NCBI GenBank assembly: GCA_043801585.1
Contig: JAZDLX010000001.1
Location: 1 to 15,921, forward strand
Source: a bacterium
GTDB taxonomy: Bacteria > Electryoneota > Electryoneia > Electryoneales > Electryoneaceae
Length of the DNA: 15,921 nt
Reading direction: 5' to 3'
Both the position numbers and the translations under genes were made by a program. Of the stretch, positions 8,861 through 15,921 are shown one piece after another. The notes beneath the pieces are model-generated. The model saw only the letters and a program-made list of their open reading frames with translations. It was not told the DNA's origin and ran no database searches. Every line of letters begins with the position of its first letter. The first letter of the stretch is position 1.

Positions 8861-8918
8861 GTCATTCTGTGGTTGCTCTCGGGGCAAACCCGGTTTCGAC
8901 AAAAACGGCGCTATTCCC

Positions 8919-8948
8919 TTGACGGGGGATAGCGTCTGTCTCTATACT
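8919..8948 (+). promoter_or_regulatory. Sigma70-type promoter for the lacI-GH130-ABC operon
   Basis: TTGACG (8919-8924), 18-bp spacer, TATACT (8943-8948). The operator palindrome follows 10 bp downstream. Confidence 0.7.
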
Positions 8949-8957
8949 GGAGCGATT

Positions 8958-8973
8958 ATCGAACCGGTTCGAT
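8958..8973. promoter_or_regulatory. LacI-family operator O1 (perfect 16-bp palindrome ATCGAACCGGTTCGAT)
   Basis: Perfect palindrome with central CG and the AAnCGnTT core typical of LacI/GalR operators, located directly downstream of the -10 and upstream of a LacI gene. Confidence 0.85.
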
Positions 8974-9045
8974 CATATAAGTGCTGAAATTTTCCAGCGA
9001 TTAAGAGGATTTTGAGATTTCTATCTTTGTGAAAAGAGCAAGTAA

Positions 9046-9061
9046 ATAGAACCGGTTCGAC
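9046..9061. promoter_or_regulatory. LacI-family operator O2 (ATAGAACCGGTTCGAC)
   Basis: Matches O1 at 14 of 16 positions. Its centre is 88 bp from the O1 centre, and it ends 27 bp before the lacI ATG. Confidence 0.8.
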
Positions 9062-9088
9062 TCTGAAACACCAAAAAGTGAGGCGGTA

Positions 9089-10126
9089 ATGGTATCATCG
9101 CCGACCATCCGCGATGTTTCAAGACTTGCCAACGTTTCGGTTTCCACAGTCTCAGCGGTCATTAACAACAAAAGCATCGTACATCCGGAAACCGTCGCCC
9201 GAATCAACGCTGCCATCGACAAATTGAACTACACACCGCGCCGCTCCGCACGTGGTCTGGCGAGCGGACGGTCGGGTAACATCGGCTTCATCCTCTCCGA
9301 ACAGTTTTTCTCCCGAACGGAACCTTTTTACACGAAAGTTTTCCTCGGCGCGGAATTCGAGGCGCGCAAGCATGACCTGTACGTGCTCCTGACATCTGTG
9401 GACAAGCGATATTCCTGTCCCCGCGACCTGCCACGATTCCTGCATGAGCGAAATGTTGACGGTCTCATCATTGCGGGAAAGGTTCCTTCAGAAGCCCTCG
9501 AGGATTTGAAAAAATTCAATATCCCGGTCGTTCTCGTCGACTACGGCGATCCCGATTTTTATGGCACACGGGTGCTGATGGACAATATCCGGGGAACGGT
9601 GTTGGCGGTGCGTCACCTGATGGTCATGGGACATCGGAAGATCGGGTATATCGGCGGCGAAAGCGACCACCCTTCCGCCCGTGAGCGTATTCAAGGGTAC
9701 CGGGAAGAGATGGCGCGCAATGGAATCGAAATCCAGGAGAAATGGGTGGAGATCAGCGAGCCGATGATGTCGCTTGACGCCGGTGAACGCGCTTTTGAGC
9801 GTCTTCTTGAACGGGGCGAGCTCCCGACGGCCCTTGTCTGTTCAAACGATGCGATGGCTATCGGGGTGCTCAAGAATGCGGAACGCCACGGTATTTCTGT
9901 CCCGGGAAATCTGTCCGTTGTCGGTTTCGACGATGTTACCGAAGGGTGCATGATTACCCCTCCGTTGACGACAATCCGTGTTGCGAAGGAAGACCTTGGC
10001 AGTATGGCGATTCAGACTCTCGTGGACGTTCTTGGCAACGGCCGTCCACGATTGTCGGAAATACGAGTGGGCGTGGAGTTGATTGCCCGCAGTTCCACCG
10101 CGGTTCCACGGAGCAATGGTCGATAG
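9089..10126 (+). CDS. LacI/GalR-family transcriptional repressor
   Basis: HTH TIRDVSRLANVSVSTVSAVIN, hinge YTPRRSARGL, GHRKIGYI, NDAMAIG, SVVGFDD and PPLTTIR. GAGG RBS. Confidence 0.96.
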   Translation: MVSSPTIRDVSRLANVSVSTVSAVINNKSIVHPETVARINAAIDKLNYTPRRSARGLASGRSGNIGFILSEQFFSRTEPFYTKVFLGAEFEARKHDLYVLLTSVDKRYSCPRDLPRFLHERNVDGLIIAGKVPSEALEDLKKFNIPVVLVDYGDPDFYGTRVLMDNIRGTVLAVRHLMVMGHRKIGYIGGESDHPSARERIQGYREEMARNGIEIQEKWVEISEPMMSLDAGERAFERLLERGELPTALVCSNDAMAIGVLKNAERHGISVPGNLSVVGFDDVTEGCMITPPLTTIRVAKEDLGSMAIQTLVDVLGNGRPRLSEIRVGVELIARSSTAVPRSNGR

Positions 10127-10158
10127 ACCCTTGCGGCCGCTTCAAGTGGAGTTGTTTC

Positions 10159-11190
10159 ATGGAAGCCCCTGTTCCATTTAATCGAAAGCTTTTCCTTATC
10201 CCTGGGAAGGAACATTTTCACAAACGTGCAGTGCTCAACCCTTCCCTGATTCAACATCAAAACACTCTCCATTTTTACTATCGCGCCGTTAATCCGGACA
10301 TGATCTCCACGATCGGGTATCTTCGCGCTCTCCAGAACGGGAACGGCAGCCTGGTAATTGAAAAACAGTCGGATTGCCCGCTGATTTTCCCGCAAGCCGA
10401 CTTTGAAATCATGGGTATCGAGGATCCGCGTGTTGTCGAATTTGAAGGCCGTTTCTACATGTTTTGCACCGTATACAACGGCCGAGACGCCTGTCTCGGG
10501 CTGACATCTTCTGATAATTACACGGACTTTGGACAACGCACTCTGATCGGTCCATTGATGACCCGCCGGTACGCCAGCAGTATCGTAAAAGGCAATCCGA
10601 AGCTGAAACCCCAATACGACTGGTGGATGGCGGAGGACCAGGATGGCATCATCTGGGAGAAGGACGCGACGATCTTGCCGAGACGCATCAACGGCAAGAT
10701 CGTTTTCATTCATCGTCTCCAGCCGAACATACAGATCGCCTACATCGATTCTCTCGATCAACTCGCCGACCAGGGATTCTGGGAGGAGTACGTCCCGCAC
10801 ATGGATCAATTCATCCTGATGGATCGTGATGCCTGGTGGGAGAAAAGTCACATGGGAATGGGGCCGGTGCCCATCGAGACGCCCGAGGGGTGGTTGATGA
10901 TCTACCACGGCGCATCGAAAAAACCGAACAAGTCCTACCGGGCAGGCGCGGTTCTGCTGGATCTGAACGATCCGCAGCGGATTATTGGGCGCACACCTGA
11001 ACCGCTGTTTGAACCCGTCGAGGAGTGGGAGAAGGTGGGTGACGTGGACAACGTCGTTTTTCCCGAAGGGTTGGCCATTCGTGACAACGTGCTTGACATC
11101 TACTATGGCGGAGCGGATTCGGTGATTGGCCGCATCTCGGTTCGCTTTGATCAATTGATCGATTACTTGAAAACGGGAGTAGGAGTTTGA
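10159..11190 (+). CDS. Glycoside hydrolase family 130 protein (beta-mannoside phosphorylase/hydrolase-type five-bladed propeller)
   Basis: Start moved to ATG 10159 (GGAG at 10148-10151), since the longer ORF overlaps lacI. Motifs VLNPS, YRA, GIEDPRV, KD..ILPRRINGK...IHR, PIETPEGWLMIYHG, YRAGAVLLDLNDP, GDVDNVVFPEG and YYGGAD. Confidence 0.9.
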   Translation: MEAPVPFNRKLFLIPGKEHFHKRAVLNPSLIQHQNTLHFYYRAVNPDMISTIGYLRALQNGNGSLVIEKQSDCPLIFPQADFEIMGIEDPRVVEFEGRFYMFCTVYNGRDACLGLTSSDNYTDFGQRTLIGPLMTRRYASSIVKGNPKLKPQYDWWMAEDQDGIIWEKDATILPRRINGKIVFIHRLQPNIQIAYIDSLDQLADQGFWEEYVPHMDQFILMDRDAWWEKSHMGMGPVPIETPEGWLMIYHGASKKPNKSYRAGAVLLDLNDPQRIIGRTPEPLFEPVEEWEKVGDVDNVVFPEGLAIRDNVLDIYYGGADSVIGRISVRFDQLIDYLKTGVGV

Positions 11191-11220
11191 TTCAGGAGGA
11201 GTGTTGACGGAGGTTTGAGA

Positions 11221-12573
11221 GTGGTTTTTCGGGGACGTAAAGAGTCTGGCCTGGCTGTGAAGCGTGCAGTAAAGGCTGTCGCAACGATACTGGCTCTCGC
11301 CGGCATGGTGCTGTTGCTGTCCATCAGTGGTTGCCGCGGCGGCAGGGACTCTGTCTCCACGGTGAAGCTGACCTACTGGAGCTCCACAAACCCCGAAGAG
11401 ATCAAGCTGTCGGAACGGCTTACGCAGGAGTGGAACCAGGCGCACCCCGACACTCAGGTCATCCTGCAGCCCCTGCCCGAAGGGCGCAGTGGAGAGGAAG
11501 TGCTGATCGTTGCGTCGGCGGGTGGAACCACTCCCGATATCTGCTCCAACGTGTCGCCCACGATTACACCACTGCTCGCCAAGGCCAATGCCCTGTTGCC
11601 GCTCGACATATTTGAGGACGGACGCTCCTTCATCCGGGAACGGTTGCCGGAAGGCATGGAGAAGACCTTTGTCAATTCGGACGGAAAGCTCTACCAGATT
11701 CCCTGGAAGGGCAACCCGATCATGGTGCAGTATAACGTCGGCATGCTCCGTGATGTGGGGGTTACGAAGTTGCCGCGGACATGGTCGGAGTGGAACGCTG
11801 CCGCCGCACGCGTAACGCGGGATACGAACGGTGACGGCCGTCCGGACAACTGGATGGCGGACATCCAGGTGGAATCCGAATGGCGGCGAAGACTCTTTGA
11901 TTTTTACACCTTTTACATTGCTGCCACGAATGGATGCACTCTGCTGAAAGACGGCCAGGTCGATTTTGATAATCCAATTGCACTTGCCGTTTTTTCATTC
12001 TTCGCTGAGGGATTCAACCGTGGATGGTATCCCCGGACGATCCTCTCGGGTGACCAGTTCCTTCAGCAGCACTTTGCGGCTCATGTCTCGGGTCCATGGA
12101 ACATCGCTCACACCGAACGGTTCAAGCCCGAAGGTTTTGAGTACGCGTTCGGTCCGATTCCCGTGCCGGACACGATGCGGCAGTCGCTCTACACCTTCGG
12201 AGATCCAAAGAGCATCGGCATTTTCTCGACCTGCGAGCACCCCGAGGCGGCGTGGGAGTTTGTCAAGCATCTGATTTCACGCCGTTCGGATTTGTTGCTG
12301 CTCGAGGTTGCGAATCAACTTCCACTGCGTCGTGATCTGCTCACCGATAGTCTTTACAAGGATTATTTCCAGCGCAATCCGATGATGCTTCCCTTCGCCG
12401 AGAAAGTTCCCACTACGATTGGTTTTGACCAGAACACCGCTCTTCAGGAGGTGTTCGACGCCGTGGATGGAGCCTTTGACGAGGGAGCGATTCACAATGC
12501 GGTCGATCCGGCCGATGCGATCCGGCATGCGGCGGAGCGCAGCCGTCATATCCTCAGAATGCGGGGAGGGTGA
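11221..12573 (+). CDS. Carbohydrate ABC transporter (CUT1) substrate-binding lipoprotein
   Basis: GGAGG at 11209-11213 is 7 nt before GTG 11221 (GTG 11257 is an alternative start). Basic N-terminus, hydrophobic stretch and lipobox ISGC. SBP_bac_1/8-like motifs GTTPD, DGKLYQIPW, PRTWSEW, GPW and HPEAAWEFVKHL. Confidence 0.92.
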   Translation: MVFRGRKESGLAVKRAVKAVATILALAGMVLLLSISGCRGGRDSVSTVKLTYWSSTNPEEIKLSERLTQEWNQAHPDTQVILQPLPEGRSGEEVLIVASAGGTTPDICSNVSPTITPLLAKANALLPLDIFEDGRSFIRERLPEGMEKTFVNSDGKLYQIPWKGNPIMVQYNVGMLRDVGVTKLPRTWSEWNAAAARVTRDTNGDGRPDNWMADIQVESEWRRRLFDFYTFYIAATNGCTLLKDGQVDFDNPIALAVFSFFAEGFNRGWYPRTILSGDQFLQQHFAAHVSGPWNIAHTERFKPEGFEYAFGPIPVPDTMRQSLYTFGDPKSIGIFSTCEHPEAAWEFVKHLISRRSDLLLLEVANQLPLRRDLLTDSLYKDYFQRNPMMLPFAEKVPTTIGFDQNTALQEVFDAVDGAFDEGAIHNAVDPADAIRHAAERSRHILRMRGG

Positions 12574-12577
12574 GGCG

Positions 12578-13468
12578 ATGATGGCAACAGATTATAAAGT
12601 CGTTCGAATTTTCCTTCGCAACCGCAGTGGTTACGGGCTGATGTCCCCGTATTTTCTCTTTTTCCTGTTCTTCGTCGGGTACCCACTGCTGTTCTCCCTG
12701 GTTCTGGTTTTCCACAGGTGGTCGATTGTTGGACCTCTGGAATGGATCGGTCTGGACAATTTCCGCGAAATGCTTGGGGATGGGCTGTTCTGGAAGGCGA
12801 TGGGCAACACGCTTCTGTTCATCTCGATCCACATCCCATTGCAGATAGCGACCGCCCTGCTGCTGGCGATCGTGTTGAACCAACGCCTGCTGATCCGCGG
12901 CTTCTTCCGCGCCGCCTTTTTCCTGCCGGTGGTGGTCTCCGGTGTTGCTGTGACAATCCTGTGGAAGCAGTTTTACGGTACGGACATCGGCCTGTTCAAC
13001 CAGCTGCTTGGGCACATCGGCATCAATCGTATCCCCTGGATTACAAGCCCGCAGTGGGCGATGCCCTCCATCGCTATCATGGCCACGTGGAAGAACGTCG
13101 GTCTGTACATTATCATCTTCCTTGCCGGTCTGCAGGGTGTCCCGCGCTCGTTGTACGAGGCGGCGGAAATGGACGGCGCCAACACCTGGCAGAAATTCCG
13201 TTACATCACCGTCCCGGCGATCAATCCGGCGATGGTGATGGTGGTGATCCTCTCGACAATCAATGGATTCAACCTCTTCATCGAACCTTATGTGATGACC
13301 GGTGGCGGTCCGATGCACTCGACGCTGTCGGGAGTCCTCTACGTTTACAAGCAGGCGTTCAATTTCTTCCGCATGGGATATGCGGCGACCATCGGGTTCT
13401 CGATTGCGGCGATCATCATGATCGTGGTGCTGATCCAGCGAAAACTGTTTGAACATGAGGTGGATTGA
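12578..13468 (+). CDS. Carbohydrate ABC transporter permease (MalF/UgpA-like)
   Basis: ATG 12578/12581 lies just after the binding-protein stop. WIGLDNF, FFLPVVVS and the EAA loop LYEAAEMDGANTWQKFRYITVP, with multiple TM segments. Confidence 0.95.
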   Translation: MMATDYKVVRIFLRNRSGYGLMSPYFLFFLFFVGYPLLFSLVLVFHRWSIVGPLEWIGLDNFREMLGDGLFWKAMGNTLLFISIHIPLQIATALLLAIVLNQRLLIRGFFRAAFFLPVVVSGVAVTILWKQFYGTDIGLFNQLLGHIGINRIPWITSPQWAMPSIAIMATWKNVGLYIIIFLAGLQGVPRSLYEAAEMDGANTWQKFRYITVPAINPAMVMVVILSTINGFNLFIEPYVMTGGGPMHSTLSGVLYVYKQAFNFFRMGYAATIGFSIAAIIMIVVLIQRKLFEHEVD

Positions 13469-14291
13469 CGTGTTCACAGTCCTGAAAAAGACGCTGATGT
13501 ACCTGTTGCTGGCGGCCGCGGCGCTGGTCTTCCTCTATCCCTTTGCGTGGATGCTCGCCGCGTCGGCGAGACCCGAAGCGGAAGCGATGAACATGGGGTT
13601 GGGTGCGTCCCACTATTCACTGGATAATTACCGGATGATGATGGAGCGGATTCCCATCTTCCGTGCATTGCTCAACAGCGTCATTGTCTCGGCGATCTCC
13701 ACCTTTACGGTGCTGATCCTCTGTTCGATGACCGGTTACGCGCTCTCGCGGCTTCGTTTCCCGGGGCGGGAAGTGATTTTCGGAGTCATTCTGTTTTCGA
13801 TGATGATCCCGTTCCAGATCACACTGATCCCGCTCTATGTGTTGATGGTCAAGCTTGGCCTGACCGACTCCTACGCCGCCTTGATCATTCCGTTCGTGAT
13901 GAGCCCCTTTGCGATTCTGCTCTTCCGCCAGTTCTTTCTGCAGATTCCACGCGACCTGATCGATGCCGCCCGGATCGATGGATTGGGCGATCTGGGGATT
14001 CTCTTCCGGGTTTTCTGGCCGCTGTCCCGTCCGGCGATCATCACTGTCGGCATTGTTCACTTCATGGGTATCTGGAACGAAGTGCTGTGGCCGATCATCA
14101 TCGTCCGCAAGGAAGAAATCATGACGATGCCCCAGATGGTGGCGTTGTTCGAAGTCAGCGGGCGGGCGGAAAACCTGATTGCAGTCAAACTGGCGGCGGC
14201 GTCGCTGATGACAATACCGATTGTCCTCGCGTACCTTGTGCTGCAGCGGTACTTCATCGAGAGTATGGCGACAACCGGGTTGAAAGGATGA
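13455..14291 (+). CDS. Carbohydrate ABC transporter permease (MalG/UgpE-like)
   Basis: ATG 13455 overlaps the end of the preceding gene. NS...GYALSRLRFPGR, MMIPFQITLIP, EAA loop LIDAARIDG, WNEVLWP and QRYFIESMATTGLKG. Confidence 0.95.
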   Translation: MRWIDVFTVLKKTLMYLLLAAAALVFLYPFAWMLAASARPEAEAMNMGLGASHYSLDNYRMMMERIPIFRALLNSVIVSAISTFTVLILCSMTGYALSRLRFPGREVIFGVILFSMMIPFQITLIPLYVLMVKLGLTDSYAALIIPFVMSPFAILLFRQFFLQIPRDLIDAARIDGLGDLGILFRVFWPLSRPAIITVGIVHFMGIWNEVLWPIIIVRKEEIMTMPQMVALFEVSGRAENLIAVKLAAASLMTIPIVLAYLVLQRYFIESMATTGLKG

Positions 14292-14295
14292 TGCC

Positions 14296-15660
14296 ATGAT
14301 CCGACGCGGAAAGAAAAGAAATCTGCGTTTGCTCACGATGGCGTTTGGTGTTTTTTTCGCCGCAAACCTTTCGGTTTACGCGGAGGGCACCGCTGCAACT
14401 TCGTGTGGCAGGATCAACCTGGCCCATCTGGATCACCTGCAAAGCGTCGTGATGCTGAACGGCGAGGAGGTTCGTGTCGTTCAGATCTACTCCGAAGCGC
14501 CGGACTACCACCTTATCAGCGATTCGGACGAAGGATTCACCTGTGTGGATGATGTCGCCCGTGCAGCCCGCCTCTACCTGCTTCTCTACAACCAGGAGAA
14601 GAATCCGGTCTATCTGGAGAAAGCGCGTGGGATGCTGAAGTTCGTAATGGCGATGCAGGCGACGGATGGTGAATTCTACAACTTCCTGCTCCCCGGACCG
14701 GTGATCAATATGAGTCACCAGAACAGCGTCAAAGCCATTGACTGGTGGTCTGCGCGGGCGTTCCGGGCGCTTGCGGAAGGATATGAAGTGTTTATGGCCG
14801 CCGATCCCGAATTTGCCGGCAAACTACGTGCGGCCGTCCAGCGCACCCTGGTTCGCTTGCGCACCTACGATCCAGCCAAGGGAAACGGAGAGTATGAGTT
14901 GGGGTACGACGCCGCAGCCGAGTTTCTCTCCGGTTTTGTTGCCTGGTATCGTGTGACGAATGACAAGGAAATGCTGCCGACTCTGAACAGGTTCGCGGAC
15001 TGGGTGATGCAGGGAACACGCCAGCCAACGGCGGAATTTCCGTTCACGGTGCACAAACCCTGGCGGAATCTCTGGCACGCCTGGGGGCAAACCCAGGTGG
15101 AGGCTCTCGCCAATGCCGGTGCGCTCCTTGGCAACCCGGAGTGGATCGCTTCCGCCCGTGCGGAGGCGGAGGGATGGCAGCGCTGGCTTCTCGTTCGGGG
15201 CGGTCTCAACTACCTTGAATTCAATGACAGCAGTTACGAAAAAGAAAAGCAATTCCCTCAGATCGCATACGATTTCAACTCCATGGTCCAGGCGAACGCC
15301 GCGCTTTTTCAGGCTACGGGCGACACGGCGTTCGCCTGGACGGCGGTTCTGGCCGGATCATGGTTCTGCGGAAACAATCCGGCCGGTGTCGAGATATACG
15401 ATTCCGCCACCGGCAGAGGATATGATGGCATCGTCGGACCCGGTGAAATCAATCGAAACAGCGGCGCGGAATCGACGGTTGAAGCGCTGATGGCGATGGC
15501 TCAACTCTACGATCTGCCTGTGAATAGAAAAGCTCTATCCGTGCGGCAGAGTGATCAAGAGGGTATGGATTCCGCGGTGTTCTCGGGAAATGGTTGGACG
15601 ATCACGCTTCGCCGCAACGGATCGAAATACGGCCTCGAAGTGTTGCATAGCAGGGAATGA
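14296..15660 (+). CDS. Secreted uncharacterised protein, probable six-hairpin (alpha/alpha)6 carbohydrate-active fold
   Basis: Sec-type signal MIRRGKKRNLRLLTMAFGVFFAANLSVYA. Motifs CVDDVARA, MQATDGEFYNF, WWSARAFRAL, QFPQIAY, WFCGNN....IYD..TGRGYDG and INRNSGAESTVEAL. It starts 4 nt after the permease stop. Confidence 0.7.
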   Translation: MIRRGKKRNLRLLTMAFGVFFAANLSVYAEGTAATSCGRINLAHLDHLQSVVMLNGEEVRVVQIYSEAPDYHLISDSDEGFTCVDDVARAARLYLLLYNQEKNPVYLEKARGMLKFVMAMQATDGEFYNFLLPGPVINMSHQNSVKAIDWWSARAFRALAEGYEVFMAADPEFAGKLRAAVQRTLVRLRTYDPAKGNGEYELGYDAAAEFLSGFVAWYRVTNDKEMLPTLNRFADWVMQGTRQPTAEFPFTVHKPWRNLWHAWGQTQVEALANAGALLGNPEWIASARAEAEGWQRWLLVRGGLNYLEFNDSSYEKEKQFPQIAYDFNSMVQANAALFQATGDTAFAWTAVLAGSWFCGNNPAGVEIYDSATGRGYDGIVGPGEINRNSGAESTVEALMAMAQLYDLPVNRKALSVRQSDQEGMDSAVFSGNGWTITLRRNGSKYGLEVLHSRE

Positions 15661-15802
15661 TGATCTACAACCCGCGTACCGTTCGGCGGAACGGATCACG
15701 GGGTACGGTTATCTGTGAAGCTGCAGACACATAAACAGAAGGAGTGGAAACAGACGTTTTGAACAAAGGTTGTTCACTTCCTTCAGGCAAGGAGAACCAA
15801 AG

Positions 15803-15921
15803 ATGAAGAAACCATTTGTATGGCTGTTGACACTGGGATTTGTGATCCTGGGGTTGACGGCAGGGACGGCGTTGGCACAGACGGATAACGTCATTGGCAA
15901 CGGCGACCTTGAGAACAGGGG
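15803..15921 (+). CDS. Start of a secreted protein running off the window (not in the ORF track), possibly beginning with a CBM4/9-like module
   Basis: AAGGAG at 15789-15794, then an open frame MKKPFVWLLTLGFVILGLTAGTALA|QTDNVIGNGDLENR. This is a classic SPI signal ending ALA, followed by an NxIxNGDxE pattern. Confidence 0.8.
   Translation, partial: MKKPFVWLLTLGFVILGLTAGTALAQTDNVIGNGDLENR

Noticed and set aside
8871..8915. GGGCAAACC reminiscent of a c-di-GMP-I riboswitch
   Set aside because: It lacks the GNRA-capped stem and downstream GACGCAAAGC. It is better explained as a small hairpin after the hydrolase stop.
9946..10158. N-terminal extensions of the GH130 ORF (also 12419-12577 for the permease)
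   Set aside because: They overlap the upstream genes. Downstream ATGs with RBSs fit the family N-termini better.
10012..11445. 477-aa minus-strand ORF
   Set aside because: Antisense shadow of lacI/GH130/SBP with no recognisable motifs. Long antisense frames are common in GC-rich coding DNA.

Overview
Moderately GC-rich bacterial window with no rRNA, tRNA, CRISPR array or mobile element that I can see. The left part holds a 5'-truncated sigma-54-type (NtrC-like) response regulator, its membrane histidine kinase and a convergent long-chain acyl-CoA synthetase. From about 5.0 kb onward is an apparently uncharacterised carbohydrate-utilisation locus. It comprises a divergent Gfo/Idh/MocA dehydrogenase, a large exported (alpha/alpha)6-barrel glycoside hydrolase, a LacI repressor with two clear palindromic operators at its own sigma70 promoter, and a GH130 enzyme. 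It also has a lipoprotein sugar-binding protein with two CUT1 permeases (no ATPase), a secreted stand-alone 'DDxARA...NxGAEST' putative (alpha/alpha)6 protein, and the start of another secreted protein preceded by a possible anti-SD/anti-anti-SD RNA switch. All family calls come from motif recognition by eye, not database searches. The substrate (beta-mannoside-like) is an inference from GH130.
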